A DNA stretch of 64,000 nt from Thalassobaculaceae bacterium. GTDB lineage: Bacteria; Pseudomonadota; Alphaproteobacteria; Thalassobaculales; Thalassobaculaceae. The notes below the pieces were generated by a model. That model searched no databases. It was not told the DNA's origin and saw only the letters and a program-made list of their open reading frames with translations. The stretch covers positions 3,144,616 to 3,208,615 of the forward strand of contig OZ245843.1 in assembly GCA_965228875.1 (NCBI GenBank), read 5' to 3'. A program made the translations under genes and the position numbers. Positions 36,960 through 47,597 of this stretch are shown in pieces (the first letter of the stretch is position 1; each line of letters starts with the position of its first letter).

Positions 36960-38219
36960 ATGGAAGAGTCGCAGTCGGGTCCTGCCGCCCCCTCCGGCAC
37001 CACCCCTGGCGCCCGGCCGGAGCGTCAGGTCACCCAGGAGACCCTGAACCGACTGCTCTCGCTGGTGATCCCGCACCTGACGCCGGGCGAGCCGGTGCTG
37101 GTCTACGTGCTGCACCAGTGGCGGCGCTTCGGCCATCTGGTGATCGAGCCGCAGATGCTCGCCACGCTTTACGGCGACACGTACCGCCGGATCGTGATCG
37201 TCACCGGGAACCTCGATCTTCCGGGCTCCAACCGGGCGCTGACCGAGTGCCTGGACGACCGCTTCGTCGTCGTGGAGACCGACATGCGCGACGTTCTCGC
37301 GCTCGGCACGGTCGACGGCGGGCTGATGGACATGAAGCACCTGCACTGGCTCGCCATGTCGGCCCGCACCCTGATCGTCGAGTGCTGGCGGGCGGTGGTC
37401 GCCGGTCGGCGGCCGCATCTGCTGACCCTGTCGGACGGGTTGCGCGAACGCGGCGCCGGGCGGCTGGCCGCCCATGGATTGGACCCCGAAGCGCCGATCG
37501 CGCTGTTCCATACCCGTACCATGGCCTATCTGCCGGACGAGGCGCATCACGGCCACCGAACCGCGGCCATCGCCAGCTACGAGGGGTCGATCCGGCGCAT
37601 CCTGGAGGCGGGATACCAGGTGCTGCGGATCGGCGAGCCGGGGCTCGAGACCTGGGAGCGGGCGCCGGACGGCTATCTGAGCCTGCCCGACGCCTTCCCC
37701 GACGCGCGCTGGATCGACCTCTACGCCTGCGCCGCCTGCCGGTTCATGACGGCGCAGAACTCCGGGCCGATCTGGGTGGCGGCGGCGTTCGGCAACACCT
37801 CGCTCAGGACCAACACGCCGTTCGAGCACCTGAACCTGCCTTACAACGACGACCTCTCCCTGTTCAAACGCTACCGCCGGGTGGGCGGGGACAGATTCCT
37901 GACCTACCGCGAGATCCTGGACGGCCGGTTGCCCGGCGTGTTCCGCGACGCCGATTTCGCCGCGATCGGCATCGAACTCGTCGAGAACACGCCGGCGGAG
38001 ATCGAGGCGGCCACCGCCGAGTTCCTGAGCAAGCTCGACGGGACCTGGCGGCCGGACGAGGCCGCGCACGACCGGTTCCGGGCGATGGGCCGGGACTACG
38101 AGGCGTCGATCGCCCGCGAGGAGCGGTTCGTCTCCGAGACCCTGGATTTTTACGGCTACGGTCACCCGTTCGGCCGGGTGGCGTGCGGCACCCTGGAGAC
38201 GGACGGGTTCCTCGCGTGA
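36960..38219 (+). CDS. TIGR04372-like putative glycosyltransferase
   Basis: RFGHLV, GYQVLRIG, AQNSGPIWVAAAFG, ENTPAEI. Confidence 0.7.
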   Translation: MEESQSGPAAPSGTTPGARPERQVTQETLNRLLSLVIPHLTPGEPVLVYVLHQWRRFGHLVIEPQMLATLYGDTYRRIVIVTGNLDLPGSNRALTECLDDRFVVVETDMRDVLALGTVDGGLMDMKHLHWLAMSARTLIVECWRAVVAGRRPHLLTLSDGLRERGAGRLAAHGLDPEAPIALFHTRTMAYLPDEAHHGHRTAAIASYEGSIRRILEAGYQVLRIGEPGLETWERAPDGYLSLPDAFPDARWIDLYACAACRFMTAQNSGPIWVAAAFGNTSLRTNTPFEHLNLPYNDDLSLFKRYRRVGGDRFLTYREILDGRLPGVFRDADFAAIGIELVENTPAEIEAATAEFLSKLDGTWRPDEAAHDRFRAMGRDYEASIAREERFVSETLDFYGYGHPFGRVACGTLETDGFLA

Positions 38220-38240
38220 GGTCGCCCCCGGTCTGCGGGG

Positions 38241-39071
38241 TCAGGCGCCTGCCAGCCGATCGGACGGCATGAAGCGCACCGAGGCACGGCCGCCGCTGAC
38301 GGACACCAGCGCGACCGGCAGGGGGTCGGAGCGATACGTCTGAGGCAGGTCGTCGGGCGCCGCCAGCCGCATCTCGATCGAATGCCGGGGGCCGGGCGCG
38401 CCGGTCGGATCCTGGGTGCGATGCAGAACCGCCTGGTTGAAGAGCAGCGCGTCACCGGCCTTGAGCAAAGGTGTCCGGGCGATCGTATCGGGTTCGACGC
38501 CGAGGATCTCGCGCAGGCGCGCCTCGTCCCCGATCAGGTCGCCGGCGGACGTCCGCTTCACCGACGACCAGTGCTCGCCCGCCCAGTCGAGCCACGCGCT
38601 CCAGGCCCTGGCGGTCGCGTCCCGGTCCATGATGAAGGTCAGGCCGGAATGGCCGGTGCCGACATCGACCAGCGGAATCCAGACGTTCAGCATCTCGCCC
38701 TCGATCCCCATGAAATCGACGTCGAGGTGCCAGGGCGAGCGGTCCGCGACGACGCCGACGTCGCGCCGCCGCACGATGCTGTGCCGCATCAGGACCACCA
38801 CCCGTCCCCCCAGCGCGTCGAGCGCCGCCGCGAACGCCTTCGTGCCGAGGAACTCTTGGACGAGAGCGTCGGCGAGGCGCGGCCGCTCGTCCGACATGAA
38901 CATGGAGAGCGGGCACCAGTTGTGCTCCGGCGCGTCCTCCTGGGAGATATCGACCATCCGGTCGACGATCGCGCGAAACCGCTCCACCTGCTCCGGGGTC
39001 ATCGAACCCCGGATACCCTTGGGATACAGGTCGACGGCGCGGGCCAGCAGGCGTTCGGCGGCAGGGGTCAT
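38241..39071 (-). CDS. PhyH-like 2OG-Fe(II) dioxygenase
   Basis: PWHLD, LNVWIPL, GDALLFNQAVLHRT, RHSIEMR. Confidence 0.75.
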   Translation of the reverse strand: MTPAAERLLARAVDLYPKGIRGSMTPEQVERFRAIVDRMVDISQEDAPEHNWCPLSMFMSDERPRLADALVQEFLGTKAFAAALDALGGRVVVLMRHSIVRRRDVGVVADRSPWHLDVDFMGIEGEMLNVWIPLVDVGTGHSGLTFIMDRDATARAWSAWLDWAGEHWSSVKRTSAGDLIGDEARLREILGVEPDTIARTPLLKAGDALLFNQAVLHRTQDPTGAPGPRHSIEMRLAAPDDLPQTYRSDPLPVALVSVSGGRASVRFMPSDRLAGA

Positions 39072-39119
39072 CGCAGTTGCCGTTCCGGGATGGTGCCGGG
39101 AAAGCGGACGGACGGGCCC

Positions 39120-40286
39120 CTATGCCCGCGCCAGCCGGTCCTCGACGAGCCGCGCCCAGAAGCTGGCACCGTGCGGCAGGGCGTCGTCGTTGAAGTCGTA
39201 GTCCGGATGGTGCACGCCGGCGGTGTCGCCGTTGCCGGCCCAGATATAGGCGCCGGGGCGCTGGTTCAGCATGTAGGAGAAGTCCTCCGCGCCCATCACC
39301 GGTACCGGCGCCCGGTCGACCCGTTCGCCGCCGGCCATGCGCTCGGCGATCTCGGCGGCGATGCCGGCCTGCTCCGCGTTGTTGATGGTGGCGGGATAGC
39401 CCTTGATGTAGTTGAGCTCGGCCGTTGCGCCGAAGGTGGCGCAGACCCCGTCCATGATCCGGGTGATCCGCTCCGGCAGGCTGCGCTGGACCGCCGGGTC
39501 GAACACGCGGCAGGTGCCGCGCAGCACCATGTCGTCGGGCACCACGTTGAAGGCGTGTCCGGCGTGGAACTGGGTCACCGAGATCACCAGTGCCTTCTGG
39601 GCGTCGAGGTTGCGCGAGGTGATGGACTGCAGCGCCATCACCATGTGCGCACCGACCAGAACCGGGTCCACCCCCTGATGCGGCATGGCACCGTGCGAGC
39701 CCTTGCCGCGGATGGTGATCTCGAAATTATCGCGGGCCGCCATCATCGGCCCCGGGCCGACCGCGAAGCTGCCGACCGGAATGCCTGGGATGTTGTGCAT
39801 GCCCCACACCGTCTCACAGGGGAACTGCTCGAACAGCCCCTCCTTCACCATGCGGTCGCCGCCGCCCTTGCCCTCTTCCGCCGGCTGAAAGATGAAGTGC
39901 ACCGTGCCGTCGAAGTTCTTGGTCTCCGCCAGGTACTTGGCCGCCCCCAGCAGCATGGTGGTATGGCCGTCATGGCCGCAGGCATGCATCACGCCGTCAT
40001 TGGTCGAGCGGTGCGGCCGCGCGTCCTCGCCGCGTTCCAGGATCGGCAGAGCGTCCATGTCGGCGCGCAGGCCGATGGTCCTGTCGGAGGATCCGGCCTT
40101 CAACACGCCGACCACCCCGGTACCGGCGAGCCCGCGATGCACCTCGATGCCGAAGGACTCGAGCCTGGCCGCCACAACGTCGCTGGTGCGATGCTCCTCG
40201 AAGCCGAGCTCGGGATGGGCGTGCAGGTCGTGGCGCCACGCGGTCATTTCCTCGTGGAACTCGGCGATGCGGTTGACGATGGGCAT
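39120..40286 (-). CDS. M20D amidohydrolase (hippurate hydrolase-like)
   Basis: HPELGFEE, LRADMDALP, MHACGHDGHT, FQPAEE, MGAEDF, HHPDYDFND. Confidence 0.95.
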   Translation of the reverse strand: MPIVNRIAEFHEEMTAWRHDLHAHPELGFEEHRTSDVVAARLESFGIEVHRGLAGTGVVGVLKAGSSDRTIGLRADMDALPILERGEDARPHRSTNDGVMHACGHDGHTTMLLGAAKYLAETKNFDGTVHFIFQPAEEGKGGGDRMVKEGLFEQFPCETVWGMHNIPGIPVGSFAVGPGPMMAARDNFEITIRGKGSHGAMPHQGVDPVLVGAHMVMALQSITSRNLDAQKALVISVTQFHAGHAFNVVPDDMVLRGTCRVFDPAVQRSLPERITRIMDGVCATFGATAELNYIKGYPATINNAEQAGIAAEIAERMAGGERVDRAPVPVMGAEDFSYMLNQRPGAYIWAGNGDTAGVHHPDYDFNDDALPHGASFWARLVEDRLARA

Positions 40287-40300
40287 GGTTCTTCCTCCCC

Positions 40301-41461
40301 TCAGGCCTTGGCGAGCTGCTGTTCGACCAGGGTCGACCAGTAGCTGGCGCCATGGGTGAGCGCCTCGTCGTTGAAGTCGTACTCGGGGTGATGCACCGAC
40401 GCCCCGGGGCCGTTGCCCATCAGGATGTAGGAGCCGGGCACCGCCAGCATCATGGCGGCGAAATCCTCGGAGCCCATGAGCGGCGTGGCGTCGTCGATCA
40501 CCCGGCCGTCGCCGGCGACGGTCCGGGCGGCGCCGAGCGCGTGCGCCGTCGCATCCTCGGCGTTCACCGTCACCGGAAAGACCGGCTTGTAGTCGATGGT
40601 CGCCGTCGCCCCGTGGGCGGCGCAGATGCCCTCGACCACGCGGCGGAACCGGTCCGGCAGGTCGTTGTGGATCTCCATGTTCAGGGTCCGGCAGGTACCG
40701 CGCAGCACGACGCTGTCCGGGATGACATTGAACGCCTCGCCGGCGTGGAACTCGGTCACCGAGACCACCAGCGCGTCCTGGGCGCTGACCGTGCGGCTGA
40801 CCAGGGTCTGCAGGGCGATGATGACGTTGGAGCCGACGATCACCGGGTCCACGCCCTGATGCGGCATGGCGGCGTGGGCGCCCCGCCCCTGGATCGTCAC
40901 CTCGAAGGTGTCGCCCGCCGCCATGATCGCCCCCGGCCGGATCGAGAACTCCCCGACAGGCAGGTTCGGCATGTTGTGCAGGCCGTAGACACGGTCGCAC
41001 GGGAAGCGGTCGAACAGCCCGTCCCCGATCATTCCGTAGGCGCCGCCGAGCCCCTCTTCCGCCGGCTGGAAGATGAAGTGGACGGTGCCGTCGAAGTTCT
41101 TCGTCTCGGCGAGGTACTTCGCCGCGCCGAGCAGCATGGTGGTGTGACCGTCATGGCCGCAGGCGTGCATCACGCCGTCGTTCCCGGACGCGTAGGGCCT
41201 GCCGGTCCGCTCGACGATCGGCAGGGCGTCCATGTCGGCGCGCAGGCCGATCCGCCGGTCGCCGTCGCCGGCCTTCAGCACGCCGACCACGCCGGTCTTG
41301 CCGATCCCCTTGTGCACCTTGATGCCCCAGTCGGCCAGCTTGGCGGCGACGATCTCGCTGGTGCGCTGTTCCTGGAACCCGAGTTCGGGATTCGCGTGGA
41401 AGTCGCGGCGCCATTCGGTCATCTCGCCGTGAAAATCCGCGATACGATTGATGATCGCCAT
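40301..41461 (-). CDS. M20D amidohydrolase, tandem paralogue
   Basis: Same motif set as the neighbouring gene (NPELGF, LRADMDALP, MHACGHDGHT, MGSEDF). Confidence 0.95.
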   Translation of the reverse strand: MAIINRIADFHGEMTEWRRDFHANPELGFQEQRTSEIVAAKLADWGIKVHKGIGKTGVVGVLKAGDGDRRIGLRADMDALPIVERTGRPYASGNDGVMHACGHDGHTTMLLGAAKYLAETKNFDGTVHFIFQPAEEGLGGAYGMIGDGLFDRFPCDRVYGLHNMPNLPVGEFSIRPGAIMAAGDTFEVTIQGRGAHAAMPHQGVDPVIVGSNVIIALQTLVSRTVSAQDALVVSVTEFHAGEAFNVIPDSVVLRGTCRTLNMEIHNDLPDRFRRVVEGICAAHGATATIDYKPVFPVTVNAEDATAHALGAARTVAGDGRVIDDATPLMGSEDFAAMMLAVPGSYILMGNGPGASVHHPEYDFNDEALTHGASYWSTLVEQQLAKA

Positions 41462-41537
41462 CTCTGGACGGTGCTCCGGTTGATGCGGGACGGGTTCGCG
41501 AGTATCGAACCGCATCGCCCGCCACGCAAGATGGGGT

Positions 41538-42107
41538 ATGGCCCGAATGCCCTCCGGCCGCCGCCCGACGATCGATATCCCGACGCTCGAGACCGAGAGG
41601 CTGCGGTTGCGCGCCTTCACCGCGGCCGACAAGCCCGCCTACGCGGCAATGCGGGCCGACCCCGAGGTGGTGCGGTTCCTGCCCGGCGGCGAGGCGCTGG
41701 TCCCGTTCGCAGAGGAGATCGCCGAGTCCCGGATCGAGGCGTTCCGCGCCGGCTGGGCCGGCGGCTTCGGCGTCTGGGCGGTGGAGGACAAGGCGACCGG
41801 CGCGTTCCTCGGCCAGGCCGGACTGGCGCGGCTGGTCCGGGCCGGCGACGTCGAGGTGCTCTACGCCCTGAAGCGGTCGGCCTGGGGCCGGGGCTATGCA
41901 AGGGAGGCGGCGCGCGGCGTCCTCGGCTTCGCCTTCGATCGGCTGGAGTTTCCGCGCGTGGTGGCGTTCGTCATGACGGACAACACCGCCTCCTCCCGCG
42001 TTCTCCTGGCCGTCGGCATGCGGTCGATCGGCGAGACGACCTACAACGACTTCCCGGTCCTGGGTTACGCGATCACCGCCGCCGAGTGGACGGCCCGCCG
42101 CGGATAA
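41538..42107 (+). CDS. GNAT N-acetyltransferase (RimJ/RimL type)
   Basis: LETERLRLR, AWGRGYAREA, NTASSRVL. Confidence 0.9.
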   Translation: MARMPSGRRPTIDIPTLETERLRLRAFTAADKPAYAAMRADPEVVRFLPGGEALVPFAEEIAESRIEAFRAGWAGGFGVWAVEDKATGAFLGQAGLARLVRAGDVEVLYALKRSAWGRGYAREAARGVLGFAFDRLEFPRVVAFVMTDNTASSRVLLAVGMRSIGETTYNDFPVLGYAITAAEWTARRG

Positions 42108-42149
42108 GGGACGGCCGGAAGCGGACCCGGCGGATCAAGACGCTGCGGA

Positions 42150-42785
42150 TCAACCGGGCGCGGGGAGGTCCCGCCATGCGGCCTGGAAGGCCGCCGCCTT
42201 CTGCGCGACGGTCGACGCGGTGTCGCCCGGTCGGTAGAGCGCCGAGCCGAGGCCGAAACCGGTGGCGCCGGCGGCGACGTAGGCGGCCATCGACTCGGGC
42301 GTGATGCCGCCGACCGGCAGAACCGGCACCGCCGCCGGGAGGACCGCGCGCATGGCCTTCAGCACCGGCGGCGCCGCCGCCTCGGCCGGGAACAGCTTCA
42401 GCGCGTCGGCCCCGGCCCGCAGCATGGCGAACGCCTCGCCCGGAGTGGCGAAACCGGGGACGGCGATCGCGCCCCGGTCCTTGGCCCGTCCGACGACCGC
42501 GGCGTCGGCATGCGGCATGACGATCAGCCGGCCGCCCGCGTCGACCACGTCGTCGACCGCGGACGGATCGATCACGGTACCGGCCCCGACAAGCAGGTCG
42601 TCCCCCACCGCCGTGGCGAGCCGGGCGATGCTGTCCAGCGGCCGCGGCGAGTTCAGCGGCACCTCGACGATGGCGAAACCGGCATCGCGCAGCGCCTCGG
42701 CGATCCCCACAACCTCCTCCGGCCGGACGCCGCGCAGGATCGCGACCAGCGGACAGCGCGCCAGATAGGGAGCAAGTGCGTTCAT
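42150..42785 (-). CDS. dgoA: 2-dehydro-3-deoxy-6-phosphogalactonate aldolase
   Basis: PLVAILRG, EVPLNSP, VGAGTV, LKLFPAE, PVGGI, GLGSALY. Confidence 0.92.
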   Translation of the reverse strand: MNALAPYLARCPLVAILRGVRPEEVVGIAEALRDAGFAIVEVPLNSPRPLDSIARLATAVGDDLLVGAGTVIDPSAVDDVVDAGGRLIVMPHADAAVVGRAKDRGAIAVPGFATPGEAFAMLRAGADALKLFPAEAAAPPVLKAMRAVLPAAVPVLPVGGITPESMAAYVAAGATGFGLGSALYRPGDTASTVAQKAAAFQAAWRDLPAPG

Positions 42786-43735
42786 GCGCCGCCTCCGTGG
42801 CCCAGGTTTCGGGCGTTCAGGCTTCGGGCATTCAGGCTTCGGGCGATCAGGGAGAGGCCGCGGGCCGACGCGCCATCGGGAACCGCCGCACTCGCGTGGC
42901 CGACCGTATCGAGCGCCCGCCGGTAGAGCGCGACCAACCCCTCCTCGCCGATCAGGTGGACCGTGCCGCGCGGCGCCGCCGCACGGATCTCGTGGCCGAT
43001 CACCAGGCCCGACAGGAAGGCGCCGGCCGAGTCCGGCGGCAGGTCGCCCATCAGCCCCGCCGCCCGGACGCCGAACAGGTGGTGCAGCAGCCCGCCGGGC
43101 GCGCCCGACCGTGCCACGCCATCGAGAAACGCCCCGTCGTCCCAGGCCGCGTGCTCGATGCTGTGCCCGAGGATGGTGTTCCGACGCAGGGTGTCGAACA
43201 CCTCGCCGGTCATATGGGTGGCGAAGCCGTCGACCCGGCGGTTCTCGACCGTCGCCCATTTCGAGTGGGTACCGGGCAGGCACACCGTCGCCGAGGCGGT
43301 CCCCAGCAGATCGGCGGCGCCGAGGATCTGAACCTCCTCGCCGCGCATCACGTCGGGCACCCCGTCCGCGCCACGCGTCGACAGGCCGGGCGCGATCAGC
43401 ACCGTTCGGCCGCGCGCCAGGTCCAGCGTCACCGCGCCGCCGGCGATGTCGTCCACGGAGGCGGGACAGGCGAGATAGGGGGCTTCCAGCCATCCCTGCC
43501 GGCTGCCGATCATGCCGGACAGGATCACCGGCACCGTCGGTTCCGCGTCGAGCCAATCGCCGATCAGGTCCTCGAAGGCGTCCTCGAAGTCGCCGTCGTC
43601 GATCGCCATGATCCCCGCCGCCGCGCGCCGCCCCTCCAGGATCGTCCCGTCGCCGGCCAGCCTCCAGGCGCGGAACGAGCTGGTGCCCCAGTCGACGCCG
43701 ATCAGGGCCACCTCCCCGCCACCGTCCTCGGTCAT
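42782..43735 (-). CDS. dgoK: 2-dehydro-3-deoxygalactonokinase
   Basis: VDWGTSSFRAW, GMIGSRQGW, DVMRGEEVQ, LPGTHSKW, MTGE, LSGLVIG. Confidence 0.93.
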   Translation of the reverse strand: MTEDGGGEVALIGVDWGTSSFRAWRLAGDGTILEGRRAAAGIMAIDDGDFEDAFEDLIGDWLDAEPTVPVILSGMIGSRQGWLEAPYLACPASVDDIAGGAVTLDLARGRTVLIAPGLSTRGADGVPDVMRGEEVQILGAADLLGTASATVCLPGTHSKWATVENRRVDGFATHMTGEVFDTLRRNTILGHSIEHAAWDDGAFLDGVARSGAPGGLLHHLFGVRAAGLMGDLPPDSAGAFLSGLVIGHEIRAAAPRGTVHLIGEEGLVALYRRALDTVGHASAAVPDGASARGLSLIARSLNARSLNARNLGHGGGA

Positions 43736-44397
43736 GGGAACGGCGCCAGGCAGTGCCGCCGCCAGGCGGCGTCGCGCGCCTCGAACCAGGCGGCCATGTG
43801 CGGCGGCAGTTCCGGCATGGCGCTCGGGTCGGCGAAGTCGATGCACAGCAGGTAGCCGTAGACCACGGCGTCGGTGAAGCCGGGCTCGGCCCCGGAGAAG
43901 AAGGCGGTCCGCTCCAGCCCGGAGGCCAGACGGCCGATCGTAAAGGCGAGGTCGAGCTCCAGGGCGGACCGATGGGCCGCCAACTCGGCGAAGGACATGC
44001 CGAAGCGCGCCTCCCGCGACGTGCGGAAATAGTCGCGGTCCTCTGGACAGATGCGCTCAATGAACCAGGGCGCGATCACCTTGCCGACGCGGGTGCCGAG
44101 TTCCCGCTCCATGGCCACGAGATCGAGGGCCTCGTCCTCGGCCCTGAATATCACCTTACCGGGCTTCACCGCGTCCAGGTGGCGCACGATCGACGCGGAG
44201 TCGCCGAACCGGGCGTCGCCGTCGACCAAGGCCGGACAGGTCCGCGAGCCGGTCTCCGCCTCCAGGCGCTCGACATCGGCGAACCGCATGGCCACACGCG
44301 CGCAGTTCATCCCCTTCTGGGCCAGCGCGACCCGCACCCGGTAGCCGACCGGGCTGGGGCACAGGTTGTCGGCGCCCAGGCGCTCGTAGAGGATCAT
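43732..44397 (-). CDS. Glutathione S-transferase N-terminal-domain protein
   Basis: SPVGYRVRVALAQKG, TCPALVDG, GDSASIVRHLD, FFSGAEPGFTD. Confidence 0.8.
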   Translation of the reverse strand: MILYERLGADNLCPSPVGYRVRVALAQKGMNCARVAMRFADVERLEAETGSRTCPALVDGDARFGDSASIVRHLDAVKPGKVIFRAEDEALDLVAMERELGTRVGKVIAPWFIERICPEDRDYFRTSREARFGMSFAELAAHRSALELDLAFTIGRLASGLERTAFFSGAEPGFTDAVVYGYLLCIDFADPSAMPELPPHMAAWFEARDAAWRRHCLAPFP

Positions 44398-45410
44398 GGG
44401 TCGGCTCCCACCCGGACCAGCGCCTTGCCGGTGTTCTCTCCGGCGAGAAGGCGGACCAGCGCGCCGGGGGCGCTCTCCAGGCCGTCGCTCACATCCTCGC
44501 GGAACCGGATCTTCCCGGCCCGATACCAGCCGGCCAGGTCCTCGACGATGGCGGCGAACCGGTCGTAGTGATCGAGGATGAGGAACCCCTCCATCCGCGC
44601 CCGCTTGACCAGCAGCTGGCGGTTCGGCCGCGGGCCGGTCGGCAGGGGAAACGACGGCATGCCGATGGTGCCGCAGATGGCGATCCGGGCGCCGACATTG
44701 ATCCGGTCCAGCACCGCATCGAACTGGCTGCCGCCGACATTGTCGAAGAAGCAGTCGATCCCGTCCGGCGCCGCACCGTCGAGCGCCGGCCCGATATCGT
44801 CGACCGCCTTGTAGTCGATCGCGGCGTCGAAACCGAACTCCTCCAGGCAGGCCCGCACCTTGTCCGGTCCTCCGGCGACGCCGACGGCGCGCGCGCCCTT
44901 CGCCTTGGCGATCTGACCGACCATGGAGCCGACCGCCCCGGCCGCCGTGGTGACGACCACCGTGTCGCCCTCCTTCACGCCGCAGACGTCGACCAGCCCG
45001 ACATAGGCGGTCGCGCCGTTCATGCCGAGCGCGTGCAGGGCGGTCGAGATCGGCGCCAGGGCGGGATCGACGACCCGGTCGACGTCGCCGCCATCGGAGA
45101 CCGCGAACCGCCGCCAGCCCTGCCGGCCCTGGACGATCGTCCCGACCGGATAGCCCCGGTGGCGCGACTCCACCACCTCGCCGACGGTGAAGCCCGTCAT
45201 CGGCGCGCCGAGCGATACCGGCTCGCTATAGTTGGGCGCGTCGGCGATCCAGCCGCGCATCGCCGGTTCCAGCGACAGCCAGATCACCCGGATCAGCATC
45301 TCGCCATCGCCGATGGTCGGCATCGGCGCGTCAACGGCCTCGAACAGTTCCGCGCGGACCGCCGGATCCGGCCGGCCGCGCAGCACCACGTGCCGATTCC
45401 CGTCGCTCAT
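44394..45410 (-). CDS. NADP-dependent MDR oxidoreductase (CurA/PtgR type)
   Basis: LSLEPAMRGW, LGMNGATAY, AAGAVGS, FDNVGG, GENTGK. Confidence 0.9.
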   Translation of the reverse strand: MSDGNRHVVLRGRPDPAVRAELFEAVDAPMPTIGDGEMLIRVIWLSLEPAMRGWIADAPNYSEPVSLGAPMTGFTVGEVVESRHRGYPVGTIVQGRQGWRRFAVSDGGDVDRVVDPALAPISTALHALGMNGATAYVGLVDVCGVKEGDTVVVTTAAGAVGSMVGQIAKAKGARAVGVAGGPDKVRACLEEFGFDAAIDYKAVDDIGPALDGAAPDGIDCFFDNVGGSQFDAVLDRINVGARIAICGTIGMPSFPLPTGPRPNRQLLVKRARMEGFLILDHYDRFAAIVEDLAGWYRAGKIRFREDVSDGLESAPGALVRLLAGENTGKALVRVGADP

Positions 45411-45545
45411 CCCCATCCCCCCAGCTTGACACTCCACAGACCGCTTGCGAGGCTCGCGCTCGCATTTCGATCGCTGCCGGCCTCCGCCGACGCCCTCGAT
45501 TCAACCACATCGTGAGTTAACCGAAAAACCCAGGGGGAAACCACC

Positions 45546-46391
45546 ATGAAGCTGCTGCGCTATGGCCCGAGCGGGCAGGAGAAGCCGGGCGTGCTCGACG
45601 CCGCCGGCGGCATTCGCGACCTGTCCGGCGTCGTCGACGACATTTCGGCCGCGGCCATCGCCGCCGGAGCACTGGACAAGATCGCCGGCACCGACATCGA
45701 GAGCCTTCCCGCCGTCGCCGGCGATCCGCGCATCGGCGCCTGCGTGGGCGCCCCCGGAAAGGTCGTCTGCATCGGCCTCAACTACTCCGACCACGCCGCC
45801 GAGACCGGCGCCGAGCCGCCGAAGGAGCCGATCGTCTTCATGAAGGCGACCAGCGCGGTCCAGGGCCCCAACGACGTCGTGCGCATGCCGCGCAACTCCA
45901 AGAAGTCCGACTGGGAGGTCGAACTCGGCGTCGTCATCGGCAAGCACGCCAAATACGTCGACGAGGCCGACGCGCTCGATTACGTCGCCGGCTACTGCGT
46001 GGCCAACGACGTCTCCGAGCGGGAGTTCCAGGCCGAGCGCGGCGGTCAGTGGACCAAGGGCAAGTCCTGCGACACCTTCGGCCCGATCGGCCCCTGGCTG
46101 GTCACCGCCGACGAGATCGCCGATCCGCAGGCGCTGGACATGTTCCTGGACGTAAACGGCAAGCGGTTCCAGAACGGCAACACCAAGACGATGATCTTCT
46201 CGGTCGCCCACATCGTCCACTACCTGAGCCAGATGTTCTCGCTGATGCCGGGCGACGTCATCATGACCGGCACGCCTCCGGGCGTCGGCCTCGGCGTCAA
46301 GCCGGAGCCGGTGTTCCTGAAGGACGGCGACGAGATGTACCTGGGCATCGCCGGCCTCGGCGAGCAGCGCCAGAAGGTCGTGGCCGACTGA
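45546..46391 (+). CDS. Fumarylacetoacetate hydrolase family protein
   Basis: CIGLNY, FMKA, DWEVEL, NDVSER, KGKSCDTF, GDVIMTGTP. Confidence 0.93.
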   Translation: MKLLRYGPSGQEKPGVLDAAGGIRDLSGVVDDISAAAIAAGALDKIAGTDIESLPAVAGDPRIGACVGAPGKVVCIGLNYSDHAAETGAEPPKEPIVFMKATSAVQGPNDVVRMPRNSKKSDWEVELGVVIGKHAKYVDEADALDYVAGYCVANDVSEREFQAERGGQWTKGKSCDTFGPIGPWLVTADEIADPQALDMFLDVNGKRFQNGNTKTMIFSVAHIVHYLSQMFSLMPGDVIMTGTPPGVGLGVKPEPVFLKDGDEMYLGIAGLGEQRQKVVAD

Positions 46392-46408
46392 TCGGGAGCG
46401 CAGCGACC

Positions 46409-47586
46409 ATGCCCAAGCTCGACCTCGCGGTCGACAGCATCCTGCCCCGGGACCGCGGCGACGCGGTCCTGGTCGGCCGGATCTGGCGGCCGGACCTGGA
46501 CGGCCCGTCGGTGGTCGTCCTGCGTGGCGACGCCGTCGTCGACATCTCATCCTCCGTTCCGACCAGTTCGGAGCTGATGAACGCCGACGATCCGCTCGCC
46601 GTGGCCAGCGGCGCGGACGGCGACCCCGTCGGCAGCGTGGCGGAGATCCTGGCCAACACGCCGGTCGACGGCCGTGACGGCACCCGGCCCTGGTTCCTCA
46701 GCCCGATCGACCTGCAGGCGGTGAAGGCCTGCGGCGTCACCTTCGCCGAGAGCATGATCGAGCGGGTGATCGAGGAGAAGGCCAAGGGCGACGCCTCGGC
46801 CGCCGACGCCATCCGCGGCGAGATCGCCGAGAAGATCGGCACCGACCTGTCGAAGATCACCCCGGGCTCCGACGAGGCCGAGGCGCTGAAGGCCGCGCTG
46901 ATCGAACGGGGCATGTGGTCCCAGTACCTGGAGGTCGGGATCGGCCCCTATGCCGAGGTCTTCACCAAGGCGCCGCCGATGTCTTCCGTCGGGGTCGGGG
47001 CCGATGTCGGCCTGCATCCGATCTCGAGCTGGAACAATCCGGAACCTGAGATCACCCTGGTGGTCAGCGCCGCCGGGCGGATCGTCGGCGCCACGCTCGG
47101 CAACGACGTGAACCTGCGCGACGTCGAGGGCCGCAGCGCCCTGCTGCTCGGCAAGGCCAAGGACAATAACGGCTCGGCTGCCGTCGGCCCGTTCGTGCGC
47201 CTGTTCGACGACGGTTTCACCCTGGACGACGTGCGGTCCGCCGAGCTCGACCTGCGGGTCGAGGGCGAGGACCAGTTCGTCCTTCACGGCCATTCGTCGA
47301 TGCGCAAGATCAGCCGCGACGTCGCCGATCTGGTGACCCAGACCATCGGTCCGACCCACCAGTATCCCGACGGCGTGGTCCTGATGACCGGCACGCTGTT
47401 TGCGCCGACCCAGGACCGGGGCGCGCCCGGTCAGGGTTCACCCACGCGGATGGCGACATCGTCGCGATCTCCACCCCGCGGCTCGGCACCCTGGTGAACC
47501 GGGTCGGCCGTAGCGACGCCATCGCGCCCTGGACCTTCGGCGCCGGCGCCCTGATGCGAAACCTCGCCAGACGCGGCCTGCTCTGA
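46409..47586 (+). CDS. FAH-family 2-keto-3-deoxy sugar-acid dehydratase (XylX-like), with an apparent 1-nt frameshift near 47,435
   Basis: KACGVTF, WSQYLEVGIG, WNNPEPE, GNDVNLRDVEGRSALLL, GTLFAPTQDR; the C-terminus FTHADGDIV...PWTFG...MRNLARRGLL* continues in another frame after CAGGGTTC. Confidence 0.85.
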
Positions 47587-47597
47587 GGAGACATACA

